DNA of 64,000 nucleotides from Alphaproteobacteria bacterium (lineage in GTDB: Bacteria > Pseudomonadota > Alphaproteobacteria > Bin95): contig OZ219785.1 of the NCBI GenBank assembly GCA_964291285.2, forward strand, positions 992,001 to 1,056,000. Direction: 5' to 3'. This document shows positions 35,040 to 45,285 of the stretch, piece by piece (the first letter of the stretch is position 1; the number at the start of each line of letters is the position of its first letter). The notes under the pieces are model-generated. The model worked only from the letters and a program-made list of their open reading frames with translations, had not been told where the DNA came from and did not search any database. Made by a program: the position numbers and the translations under genes.

Positions 35040-36554
35040 ATGCCAGTTCAGATGCCGACTGCGGAGCAGCTGCGCGATGTCGCGGACGAGATGGGCCTGA
35101 CGCTCAGCGAGGATGACGTGCAGTCCTTCCTCGGCCTCATCGCCGGCAGCATCGAGGCCTACAACGTGGTTGACGGCCTTCCCGACAACCTGCCGCAAGT
35201 CCGCTATCCGCGCACTCCCGGCTACCGTCCGGAGGGCGAGGAGAACAAATACAACGCCTGGTACTACAAGACCCGCATCCAGGGCGCGGCAGGAGGCAAG
35301 CTGGAGGGCAAGACCGTCGCGCTCAAGGACAATGTGATGCTGGCCGGCGTGCCGATGATGAACGGCGCGGCCACGCTGGAAGGCTATGTGCCGGACATCG
35401 ACGCGACCATCGTCGAGCGGCTGCTGGACGCGGGCGCCACCATCGAGGGCAAGGCGCATTGCGAGAATTTCTGCCTCTCCGGCGGCAGCCACACCAATGC
35501 GACGGGCGCGGTCCACAACCCGCACCGCATGGGCTATTCCGCGGGCGGTTCGTCCTCCGGTTCGGCGGCGCTGGTGGCGGCCGGCGAGGTCGATATGGCC
35601 GTCGGCGGCGACCAGGGCGGGTCGATCCGCATGCCCGCCGCCTATTGCGGCATTTACGGCATGAAGCCGACGCACGGGCTCGTCCCCTATACCGGCATCA
35701 TGCCCATCGAGATCTATGTGGACCACACCGGGCCGATGACCGGCAACGTCCGCGACAATGCGCTGATGCTGGAGGCGATCGCCGGCCCCGACGGCGTGGA
35801 CCCGAGGCAATATGATGTCGAGACGCACCCCTATTCCGAACTGCTGGAAGGCGGCGTCGGCGGCATGAAGATCGGCGTGCTGCAGGAGGGCTTCGGCCAC
35901 CCGAACTCGGAAGCCGATGTGGATGCGGCCAACCGGGCGGCGGCGGACATTCTGGCCAAGCTCGGCGCGGAGGTCCGGGAGGTCTCGGTGCCGATGCACG
36001 CCATCGGCGCCGCGATCTGGACCCCGATCGGCGTCGAGGGGCTGACCGGCACCATGATGTGGGGCGACGGCTACGGCCACAGCCGCCAGGACCTCTATGT
36101 GACGAGCCTGATGGACTTCCACCACCGCTGGCGCGACCGGGCGGACCAGATGTCCGAGACAACCAAGCTGTTCACCATGCTCGGCACCTATATCCGCAAC
36201 CATTACGGCCTGCGCTACTACGGCAAGGGGGTGAACCTCTCGCGGCGGCTGGCGGCGGAATATGACAGGGTGCTGGCCGAGTGCGACCTGCTGCTGCTGC
36301 CGACCGTGCCGCTCAAGGCCACGCCGCTGCCGGGCCCCGAGGCCTCGCGCGAGGAATATGTGCAGCGCGCGCTCGAGATGATCGGCAACACCGCGCCCTT
36401 CGACATCACCCACCATCCGGCGATGTCGCTGCCCTGCGGCATGGGCGACGGGCTGCCCATCGGCATGATGCTGGTCGGCAGGCGCTACGCCGAGCCCGCC
36501 ATCTACCGGGCCGCCTACGCCTTCGAGCAGGCCGAGGACTGGAAGAGCCTCTGA
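35040..36554 (+). CDS. Amidase-signature family amidase
   Basis: ALKDN, GGSSSGS and GGDQGGSIRMP motifs. Confidence 0.93.
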   Translation: MPVQMPTAEQLRDVADEMGLTLSEDDVQSFLGLIAGSIEAYNVVDGLPDNLPQVRYPRTPGYRPEGEENKYNAWYYKTRIQGAAGGKLEGKTVALKDNVMLAGVPMMNGAATLEGYVPDIDATIVERLLDAGATIEGKAHCENFCLSGGSHTNATGAVHNPHRMGYSAGGSSSGSAALVAAGEVDMAVGGDQGGSIRMPAAYCGIYGMKPTHGLVPYTGIMPIEIYVDHTGPMTGNVRDNALMLEAIAGPDGVDPRQYDVETHPYSELLEGGVGGMKIGVLQEGFGHPNSEADVDAANRAAADILAKLGAEVREVSVPMHAIGAAIWTPIGVEGLTGTMMWGDGYGHSRQDLYVTSLMDFHHRWRDRADQMSETTKLFTMLGTYIRNHYGLRYYGKGVNLSRRLAAEYDRVLAECDLLLLPTVPLKATPLPGPEASREEYVQRALEMIGNTAPFDITHHPAMSLPCGMGDGLPIGMMLVGRRYAEPAIYRAAYAFEQAEDWKSL

Positions 36555-36584
36555 GAGAAACGCGATCACGGGAGGAACGGGCCG

Positions 36585-38099
36585 ATGACGATTCAGGGTC
36601 CCAAAGCGTCGGAACTGCAGGAACTCGGCCGCTCGCTCGGCTTCGGCCTGACCGATGAGGAAGCCCGGGAATACAGCGAACTGCTTGCCCCCCTGGCCGC
36701 CATGGCCGACGCGCAGCAGAAAATGCCGGACTACCTGCCGACGGTGAAATATCCGCGCACGCCCGGCTACCGTCCGGAGGGCGAGGAGAACAAATACAAC
36801 GCCTGGTACTAAAAGAGCCGGATCGAGGGCGCGGCGGAGGGCCCGCTCAGGGGCAAGACGGTCGCGCTCAAGGACAACATCATGCTGGCCGGCGTGCCGA
36901 TGATGAACGGGACCTCGATCCTCGAGGGCTATGTCCCGGAGGTCGATGCGACCATCGTGACGCGCCTGCTGGACGCCGGCGCCACGATCCTCGGCAAGGC
37001 GCATTGCGAGAACTACTGCCTCTCCGGCAGCAGCCATAGCAATGCGACCGGCCCCTGCCACAACCCCCACCGGATGGGCTACAGCGCCGGCGGCTCCTCT
37101 TCCGGCAGCGCCGCGCTGGTGGCGGCCGGCGAGGTCGATATGGCCATTGGCGGCGACCAGGGCGGCTCGATCCGGATGCCGGCCTCCTTCTGCGGCATCT
37201 ACGGCATGAAGCCGACCCACGGCCTCGTGCCCTATACCGGCGTGCTCGGCATCGAAGCGGGCATCGATCATGTGGGGCCGATGACGGCGACCGTCGCCGA
37301 CAACGCGCTCATGCTGGAGGCCATTGCGGGCGCCGACGGCATAGACGGAAGGCAGCGCGATCTGGTCACGCACCCCTATTCGGAGATGCTGGAGGGCGGC
37401 GTCTCGGGCCTCCGGATCGCGGTGATCGAGGACGGGTTCGACCATCCGGGCTCTGAGGCGGAGTCCGATGCGGTCGTCCGCGCGGCCTGCGCGAAGTTCA
37501 GCGAACTCGGCGCGGAGGTCGAGACCATCTCCTTCCCGCTACACCGCGAGGCCGCGGTCATGTATTTCCCGGCGCTCGCTGAGGGGCTGGCGCGGGAGAT
37601 GATGCTGCAGGGCGGCGTCTTCTACGGCCTGCCCGGCCTGTATGTCGGCGGCGCGCTGGAGCGCAGCAACCGCTGGATGGAACGCGCGCACGAACTGCCG
37701 CCGACGGTCCGCGCCTTCACCCTGCTCGGGGCCTGGTACATGGAAGCCCTGAACGGGCGCATCTACGCCAAGGGCATGAACCTCCAGCGCAAGGCGAAGG
37801 ACGGCTTCGCGCGCCTGATGGAGAGCTACGACCTGCTGCTGATGCCGACCACGCCGCTGGTGGCGCAGGCGATGCCGGGGCCGGACGCCTCGATCACCGA
37901 ATACTGCATGCACGCCTGGAACATGCTGGCCAACTGTCCGACCTACAACTACACCGGCCAGCCCTCCATGTCGGTGCCCTGCGGCATGGTGGACGGCCTG
38001 CCGGCCGGGCTGATGATTACCGGGCGCTGGTGGGACGAGCCGACGATCTACAGGGCGGCGGCGGCCTTCGAGGCGAACTACGACTGGCGCGCTCTCTGA
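36585..38099 (+). pseudogene. Second amidase paralog with one in-frame TAA at 36810-36812
   Basis: NAWY*KSR versus NAWYYKTR in the upstream paralog. Both ORF halves share a frame and the amidase signature is intact. Confidence 0.85.
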
Positions 38100-38126
38100 C
38101 GGGGCGGCGGTTGGCTCCCTGAGCGG

Positions 38127-39509
38127 TTACTGCGCGGCGGCGGGCCGGGCGGCGAGCGAGCTTGAGGTCGCGTAGTCGAGGTCCCTCGGGAAGCCTTCCA
38201 TCGAGCGCTGCACGGCGGTCTCCAGCCGGCCGAGCGTCTCGTCGATCTCCGCCTCGGTGATGATGAGCGCCGGGCAGACGCGGATGAAGTTCTTGACCGC
38301 GATGGTGGCCAGCCCCTCGAGCAGCGCGTTGTAGCGGATGCGCTCCGCCATCGCCGGGTCCGGGCGGCGGCTCTCCGGCGTCTCGACGATGTCCAGCAGG
38401 TAGTAGAGGCCCTCGCCCCGCACATCGCCGACGACATCGTATTTCCGCTGGATCGCCTCCAGCCCGGCGCGGAGCCTCGCGCCCTTGGCGGCCGCCTGTT
38501 CCGCCAGATTGTCGCGCAGCACGATCTGGAGCTGCTTCAGCGCGACGGCGGCGGGCAGCGGGTCGCCGGAATAGGTGCCGCCCCAGGGCAGGCCCGCCTT
38601 GCCGCGCGCCTCCTCCGCGATTTCCGGCGTCGTAACGGTCCCGGCGATGCCCATGCCGGCGGTCATGCCCTTTCCGAAGGAGACGATGTCCGGCGTGACA
38701 TCGTATTGCTCGAAGGCCCAGATACTGCCGGTCTTGGCGGGTGCCAGCTGCGCCTCGTCCAGCATCAGCAGCGCCCCCCAGCGGTCGGCCATCGCGCGCA
38801 GGCGCGGCAGCCATTCGGGCGGCGGCACCACCATGCCGCCCGCCACGGGGATCGTCTCGGCCATGATGAGCGCGAGGTTTCGGCTGGTGATGTGCTCCAT
38901 CAACTCCTCGCTGTGGTCGAGGCAGGCGACATTGCAGCCGGGATATTCGAGGTTGACGGGGCAGCGGTAGCAGAGCGGGGCGTAGATCGCGTTTCGGTGG
39001 GACGGCATCATCAGCGGCCCCAGATGCGCCTTGCGCCCGCCGCCGACGCTGGTGACGGCCTCGGCCGCCAGGCTGCCGCCATGCAGGCCGCGGATGACCG
39101 ACACGATGTCGTAGCGCCCGGTGACGCCGAGCGCCATGCGCATGGCGATTTCGTTGGCCTCCGAGCCCGTGACAGCGAAGTTCACCACCTTCAGGTCGCC
39201 CGGAAGGGTGCCCGCGATCAGCTCTGCGAACTCGATCAGCCAGGGGTTGGAATACCAGGAGGAGGTATGGACCAGCTTGTCCGCCTGCTCCCGGATCGCC
39301 TCGGTCAGTTCCGGGTGGCTGTGGCCCAGCACCATGCACATCATGCCGGCGGTGAGGTCGAAATATTCGTTGCCGTCCACGTCCTTCAGTACGATCCCCC
39401 GGCCGCTCTCGAAGATCACCCTGGGCTCGTAGCGCCAGCCGTAGATATAGGCTTCGTCACGGGCCATCAGCTCGTGGTGCATGTTCGAGAACTGGAAGCT
39501 CTTCTCCAT
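38127..39509 (-). CDS. Class III PLP aminotransferase
   Basis: GSEANE, LDEAQ and PDIVSFGKG motifs. Confidence 0.9.
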   Translation of the reverse strand: MEKSFQFSNMHHELMARDEAYIYGWRYEPRVIFESGRGIVLKDVDGNEYFDLTAGMMCMVLGHSHPELTEAIREQADKLVHTSSWYSNPWLIEFAELIAGTLPGDLKVVNFAVTGSEANEIAMRMALGVTGRYDIVSVIRGLHGGSLAAEAVTSVGGGRKAHLGPLMMPSHRNAIYAPLCYRCPVNLEYPGCNVACLDHSEELMEHITSRNLALIMAETIPVAGGMVVPPPEWLPRLRAMADRWGALLMLDEAQLAPAKTGSIWAFEQYDVTPDIVSFGKGMTAGMGIAGTVTTPEIAEEARGKAGLPWGGTYSGDPLPAAVALKQLQIVLRDNLAEQAAAKGARLRAGLEAIQRKYDVVGDVRGEGLYYLLDIVETPESRRPDPAMAERIRYNALLEGLATIAVKNFIRVCPALIITEAEIDETLGRLETAVQRSMEGFPRDLDYATSSSLAARPAAAQ

Positions 39510-39604
39510 GGGTCCGGCCTCCTCCGCCTGCCGCGCCGGGCCATCATGGCACAGCCCGGCGCAACTTGCGCGCCTGCCGCCCCGCACCTATCTTCCGCTC
39601 CGCC

Positions 39605-39695
39605 GGGGAGGTGGCCGAGTGGCTGAAGGCGCACGCCTGGAACGCGTGTATACGGTAACCCCGTATCGTGGGTTCGAATCCCACCCTCTCCGCCA
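39605..39695 (+). tRNA. tRNA-Ser (anticodon GGA)
   Basis: Acceptor stem GGGGAGG/CCTCTCC, anticodon arm CACGC-CTGGAAC-GCGTG, long variable arm, GGTTCGAATCC, encoded CCA. Confidence 0.96.
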
Positions 39696-39934
39696 TAGTC
39701 GATGCTCTTTTTGTGGGAATTCGGCATCCTCCAAGTCATTGGAATTCCGGACTTCATGATTCGGCAAAACCGCCTTTCGGGGCGCACTCGAAAACTTGAG
39801 TGGGGTTGCCGCACCCTAACATGCGAGTTTTCCCGGAACAGGCGGGTCTGGGTGTTCCTTGCGGACTTTCGGCCGCCCTGTCAGGCCGGCACGAGCGCTG
39901 TCATGGCCTCGGCGATGCCGCCGGGCTCTTTCGC

Positions 39935-40808
39935 TCAGAAGGCGACATTCGCGCCGGCCAGAAGGATGTTGGACCGGGCGCTGCGGTCGCTGTGCGTGCG
40001 GGTATTGTCCACTTTCCTTTTGCCGTCTGTCCCCATGGCCATGATGCTGCCGCCGCTGATGAAGTTCAGCGGCACATAGCCGGCGGTCCGCACGACCTCC
40101 GCAAACAGCTTCACGCTCGGTTCGACGAACCAGGCAACGCCCAGCACGATCTGGTCCTGCTTCTCCCAGGGCGCGCCGCCCGGTCCGGCCGTGAAGCGGC
40201 TGAACTCGACCGAAAGGTCCAGCGGCCCGCTGCCGGAATCGACCCGGTATCTGGCCCCGGCATCGAACGCCGTCACCTTGCTGGCGGCGAATTGCGGTAT
40301 GTCGGGGTTGAAGGTCCCCGGCCACACATCGGTCGTCCGGGCGAATTCCGCCTTGAAGGTGAAGGGGCCGTTGACGCGCCGCCCGTAAAAGGCCGACCGC
40401 CGGGTTGTTGTCCTGGCAGGGCTCGAAATGTTGCACGGGGTAGTCCTGGCAGTAGGCCGAGCCGCGCTGGTATGAGCCGCCCAGGAGAGCCGTTCCCACC
40501 GTCTCCAGCCGGAATTCGTAGCTCGTATCGACGGCAAAACTGTTCAGCCTGCCGGGAACGGCGGTCCCCTTCACCGGCGTGTTCGCCGCGCGGAACTGGG
40601 CCCCGCCCTGTATGCCCATCAGGGCGAGGGTCCCGTCCCGCTTGCGCTCCAGCACAAGGCGTTCCTTGCGGTTGATGCCTTCCGTCGGGTCGAGGAGTTC
40701 ATAGGCGAGGCGCGCCTCGGTGCGGACGAAGCCGGCCGGGGCCTTCGCGGCAGCGACGGGAGCGGGAACGGCGGCGGCGGAGGGTGGTGCGGGCTCGCGG
40801 GCCTGCAC
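39935..40808 (-). pseudogene. Fragmented outer-membrane beta-barrel-like gene
   Basis: Two overlapping out-of-frame ORFs. The distal one has amphipathic strands and ends ILLAGANVAF with a terminal Phe. Confidence 0.45.
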
Positions 40809-40886
40809 CGTCCAAAAGTTGAACCGGGGCCGGGGCGAAGCGGTCGACGCCGGGTCTCGAGGGATCGCAAATCTCAGCCGTTGGTA

Positions 40887-43800
40887 TCAGTTCATCGTCA
40901 GGCGCCGCAGGTCGTGCCCGACAGCCAGCATTGCCGGCACGACGAACAGGATGAGCAGGGTCGCGGTGGCCAGGCCGGCCACGATGGTGAGCGCCACGGG
41001 GATCAGGAACTGCGCCTGCAGGCTGGTCTCGAAACAGAGCGGCAGCAGGCCGCTGATGGTGGTGAGCGAGGTCAGGATCACCGCGCGCAGGCGGTCGCAG
41101 GACCCGTCTTCTATGGCCTGCAGCGGCGGCTTGCCTTCCTGCTCGTGGTCGGTGATCGCCACGATGAGCACGATCGAATCGTTGATGACGATGCCGGAGA
41201 GCCCGATCATGCCGATGATCGACAGGACGGTGAGGTCGAAGCCGGTGAAGAAATGGCCGAGCGAGACGCCGATGAAGCCGAGCGGCACCACCGCCAGCAC
41301 CGCCAGCGGGCGGCTGTAGCTGCCGAAGATCCAGGCGAGCACCAGGAACATGCCGGCCAGACCGATCGCCGCGCCGACGCCCATGTCGGCGAAGGTCTCG
41401 GCCTGCTCTTCCGCCTTGCCCGCGAAACGCCATTCGAGGCCCGCATCCCCGGCGATCTCCGCCAGGCCGTCCCGCCGGAGCGCGGCGAGCACCACATTGT
41501 TGGTAGTGACGGTCTCGTCCACCTCCGCCGTCACCGAGACCTCGCGCCGGCCGCGCTCGCGGCGGATGACGTCGTAGCCGCTGGAGGGCGTCACGGTCAC
41601 CACGGCGCTCAGCGGCACCTCGGTCCCGTTCGGGCCGAACAGGTAGAGCGCGCCGAGCCCGCCCGGGTTCTCCTTCTGCCGGACCCTGACCTCGACCTCT
41701 TCGTCGTCCCTGGCGAAGCGCAGCGCGATGTCGCCCTCGAGCGCGCTGCGAAGCTGGCTGCCCGCCCGCGCGATGTCGAAGCCCATCGCCCGGCCCGCCG
41801 GCGTCACCCGAAGCTGCATTTCCCGGTTGCCGTAGGCGAGGTTGTCGCCGATGGCGCTCACGCCCGGATATGAAGCGAGAAGGGCCTTCACGCGCCCGGC
41901 CGCGGCCTTGAGGTCGTCGAGGCTGTCGCCGGACAGGCGCACATCGATTTCGCGCCCGGGCGGTCCGCCGGTCGCGGCGCGGATGGTCAGCGCATCGGCC
42001 CCGACGATCGGCCCGTTGCGATCCCGCCATGCCTGCACGAAGGCTTCGGTGCGCACGTCGCGCTTGTCGGAATCGACGAGTTGGACGACCACCGCGCCCA
42101 CCGTGTCGTCGCGCCGGTGGAGTCCCGACAGGGCCTGGTTGCGCTCGATGCCCTGGACGACGAGCGAGGTATGCACGAGGCCAGGGTCTCCGAAGTCCCC
42201 GGCGGTGGCGCGGGCGCCCCGCTCGATCTGAAGGAGCCGCTCGAGGGTCTCCTCGCCGGTCGTTCCCGGAACCATGCGGAGGTTCGCGAAGATGTTGTTC
42301 GGCTCGACCGAGGGGAAAAAGGTGAAGCCGATGCGCCCGCTGGCCGCAATGCCGAGACTGACGAGGAAGAAGCCGACCGCCAGCGCCAGCACCAGGTAGC
42401 GGTGGACGAGCGCGCGCCCGACCGTGCGCCGGAACGGACCCTCGCGGAACCGGCGGAAGCCTTCGTCGAACCCCCGGCGGAAGCGCGAGGCCCGGCCCTC
42501 CGCAGCGGCCGCGGTCGCGGCGAGCGAATGGCGCAGATGGCCGGGCAGCACCAGGAAGCACTCCACCAGGCTCGCCACCAGCGCCAGCACGACGATGATC
42601 GGGATTTCCCGGATGATCTGCCCGATAATGCCGCCGATCAGGATCAGCGGCAGGAAGGCGGCGATGGTGGTCAGGCTCGAGGAGAACACCGGGCCCGCCA
42701 TGCGCCGCGCGCCTTCCATGGCCGCGTCCAGAGGGTTGTCGCCCCGGCGCGCGCGGGTCTCGGCGTGCTCGGCCACCACGATGGCGTCGTCCACGACGAG
42801 GCCGATGGCGAGAATTGTTCCGAACAGGATGATCATGTTGATCGCGTGCCCGAACGCCCAGGCAAGCGCCATCGCGGCGAGCAGGGCGGCGGGGATGCCG
42901 GCGGCCACCCACAGCGCCGTGCGCGCGTTCAGGAACACGAACAGCACGACCAGCACGATGACAAGGCCGCCGATGCCGTTGCGGACCAGCAGGTCGATGC
43001 GCTGGTCGATCAGGTCCGCCGCCGCGTCGTAGCGGTTGACCGCGATGCCGGGAGGCAGGGTCGGCACGAAACCGTCCAGGAACCGGTCGGCGGCCTCGGC
43101 CGTTTCCAGCGCGTCGGCGGTCGTCGCCCGCTTGACGATGAGTTCCACCGCCGGGCGGCCGTCGAACCAGACCCGCGGCTGGTCCTCGTTCCAGGCTTCG
43201 CTCACCTCCGCAATCTCGCCCACCGTCAGCCTGCGCCCGTCCGGGAACGCCCGGACCTCGACCGCGGCGACCTCCTCGGCCGTGCGCGCAAGACCGAGCG
43301 AGCGCACCCGCGAGAGCGAGCGCCCGCCGGTGTCGCCCCCCGGTATGTCGCGCGAGGCGCCCGCGATCCGGCCCGATATTTCCGAGATCGGCAGGTCGAG
43401 GGCCAGCAGGTCCTGCTGGTCCGCCTCGACCAGGATCCACTCGTCGCGCGCCCCGACCATCTCCACTTCATCGACCCCGGCGCGGATCAGCCCGTCGCGC
43501 ATCCGGGTCGCCCATGCCTTGAGCGTGCGCTCCGGCAGGTCTCCGGCCAGCACGATGCGCAGCAGGTTCTCGTAGCGCACCACGCGCCGTATCCAGGGCG
43601 TCTCGCTGTCCTCGGGCAGGGTCGCGACCCGGGACACGGCCGCCTCCACATCCGCCAGCGCCGCCTGCATGTCGGTCCCGGCCTCGAAAACGATCCGTAT
43701 GTTTGCGAGACCCTCCTGGGAGTTGGAAACGACCCGCTTCACCCGGTCGAGGAAGCGGACCTCGGGCTCGATCGCCTGGACGATGGCATTGTCCACATCC

Positions 43801-43964
43801 TCCGCGCCAGCGCCGGGCCATGTCACGGAGACGAGGACCGCGTCGATGCCGAAATCGGGGAAGAACTGCTTGTTCATCCGCCCGAGCGCCAGCAGCCCGA
43901 CCACCAGCATGGCCGCCATCACCAGGTTCGCCGCCGTCGGGTGGCGCGCGAAAAGCGCGATCAA
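40887..43964 (-). CDS. RND efflux permease (AcrB family)
   Basis: HPTAANLVM, IGLVVDDAIVVAE, GIVINDSIV and RLRAVILTSLTT motifs. Likely TTG start at LIALFARHP. Confidence 0.92.
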   Translation of the reverse strand: MIALFARHPTAANLVMAAMLVVGLLALGRMNKQFFPDFGIDAVLVSVTWPGAGAEDVDNAIVQAIEPEVRFLDRVKRVVSNSQEGLANIRIVFEAGTDMQAALADVEAAVSRVATLPEDSETPWIRRVVRYENLLRIVLAGDLPERTLKAWATRMRDGLIRAGVDEVEMVGARDEWILVEADQQDLLALDLPISEISGRIAGASRDIPGGDTGGRSLSRVRSLGLARTAEEVAAVEVRAFPDGRRLTVGEIAEVSEAWNEDQPRVWFDGRPAVELIVKRATTADALETAEAADRFLDGFVPTLPPGIAVNRYDAAADLIDQRIDLLVRNGIGGLVIVLVVLFVFLNARTALWVAAGIPAALLAAMALAWAFGHAINMIILFGTILAIGLVVDDAIVVAEHAETRARRGDNPLDAAMEGARRMAGPVFSSSLTTIAAFLPLILIGGIIGQIIREIPIIVVLALVASLVECFLVLPGHLRHSLAATAAAAEGRASRFRRGFDEGFRRFREGPFRRTVGRALVHRYLVLALAVGFFLVSLGIAASGRIGFTFFPSVEPNNIFANLRMVPGTTGEETLERLLQIERGARATAGDFGDPGLVHTSLVVQGIERNQALSGLHRRDDTVGAVVVQLVDSDKRDVRTEAFVQAWRDRNGPIVGADALTIRAATGGPPGREIDVRLSGDSLDDLKAAAGRVKALLASYPGVSAIGDNLAYGNREMQLRVTPAGRAMGFDIARAGSQLRSALEGDIALRFARDDEEVEVRVRQKENPGGLGALYLFGPNGTEVPLSAVVTVTPSSGYDVIRRERGRREVSVTAEVDETVTTNNVVLAALRRDGLAEIAGDAGLEWRFAGKAEEQAETFADMGVGAAIGLAGMFLVLAWIFGSYSRPLAVLAVVPLGFIGVSLGHFFTGFDLTVLSIIGMIGLSGIVINDSIVLIVAITDHEQEGKPPLQAIEDGSCDRLRAVILTSLTTISGLLPLCFETSLQAQFLIPVALTIVAGLATATLLILFVVPAMLAVGHDLRRLTMN

Positions 43965-44238
43965 GGGACGGTGACCCTGACGCCGGGGGCGATCTCCGGG
44001 ACGCGCATCAGCACGATGCGCTGGCCGTTCCCCAGCGGCCTCTGCTCCGGCGTCCTCCGGGCGGCCATCGGCGCCAATGCAGTAAACCCCCTCGCCCTCG
44101 AAAACGAAGGACTTTATGAGTATTGCCAACTACTATACGAAGTATAGCTGATTGTTCTAGCCGTTGCGGGTGACTCCCCGAGTCCAAAGGGGCGTTGGTC
44201 GGGTCGGGGCCCGCTTGAGGGTAAAATTGAGGCAGGCC

Positions 44239-45285
44239 ATGGACATCTCTCCAGCAATCGTCGTCAGTTCCGGACGCTGCGGTTCGACCATGCTGTCCGA
44301 TGTCCTGAACTCGCATCCGGACATTCTCAGCATATCCGAGTTGTTTATCTTGCAGGGTCGCGCCCTGTTTCACTTCCGGCGCCTGACCGGCAACGAGATG
44401 TGGAGCATCGTCAGCAGGCAGACGAGGGCGCAGCGCCGGCAACTCGGCAGCCACTCCGAAGCGCTCTTGTACCCGGTCGGCACCCCGCGCGGCCGCTATG
44501 CCGGCGCGGAGATACCCCCCATTTCGTGGGTCACGCTTCCGCATATCACCGACCGGCCCGACGACCTTCTCGACGAGCTCGAGCCGGTGATCCGCTCGCA
44601 GCCGCGCCAATATGCGGCCGATCATTACCGGGCGATGTTCGCGTGGCTGAGCCGGAAGTTCGACCGAAAGGTCTGGGTGGAGCGCTCGGGCGGGGCCGGG
44701 ATGTATGCGCCCAGACTGGCGCAAATGTTTCCCGAGGCGAAGTTCATCCATCTCTACCGCGACGGGCGCGATACCGCCATGTCGATGAAGAAGCACCCCG
44801 TGTTCCGCGAAGCCATGCGCTACATTGTGACCATGAGGGAGTATGGCGTGGATGCGCTGAAACCGATGACAGGGGTCTCGGGACATGCGTTCCGGGACTG
44901 GGCGATGCTGCGCACCCAGCTTCTCGTGTATGTCGTCTTTCTGTTCAGCAGAACCAGAGACCGGGAATTCACGCTTGCCGAATTCGGGAAATTCTGGTCG
45001 GACATAGTCGACTTGGCGGACCGGTTTCTCGACACGCTTCCGCCGGAAAAGGTGCTGCGTGTGCGGTTCGAGGACATGCAGAGCGAACCGGAGAAGGAGA
45101 TTGCGCGCCTCGCGCGGTTTCTCGATCCGTCTCTCGAAGATCCGGAATGGGTGAAGGAGGCGGCGCGGATCCCCCGCCCGACACCCTCGAAGCTGGGAGA
45201 CCTCATTCCCGCCGAGCGCGCCGCCTTGACCGAATCCTGCCGGTCAAGCCTCGAACGCCTCGGTTACGATCTCAGGGAATCATGA
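44239..45285 (+). CDS. Sulfotransferase
   Basis: 5'-PSB motif SSGRCGSTML, WVERSG, 3'-PB motif HLYRDGRDTAMS and VRFEDM. Confidence 0.88.
   Translation: MDISPAIVVSSGRCGSTMLSDVLNSHPDILSISELFILQGRALFHFRRLTGNEMWSIVSRQTRAQRRQLGSHSEALLYPVGTPRGRYAGAEIPPISWVTLPHITDRPDDLLDELEPVIRSQPRQYAADHYRAMFAWLSRKFDRKVWVERSGGAGMYAPRLAQMFPEAKFIHLYRDGRDTAMSMKKHPVFREAMRYIVTMREYGVDALKPMTGVSGHAFRDWAMLRTQLLVYVVFLFSRTRDREFTLAEFGKFWSDIVDLADRFLDTLPPEKVLRVRFEDMQSEPEKEIARLARFLDPSLEDPEWVKEAARIPRPTPSKLGDLIPAERAALTESCRSSLERLGYDLRES

Noticed and set aside
36810-36812. Programmed recoding (Sec/Pyl) in the second amidase
   Set aside because: The stop is TAA at a Tyr position, not TGA or TAG, and no recoding signal is evident.
44400-45281. 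1109-aa version of the desaturase fusion and 1168-aa version of the acylase as even larger fusions
   Set aside because: The N-terminal extensions are alternative frames of the upstream sulfotransferase and MATE genes. The real starts are at the ATGA overlaps (45282 and 50271).
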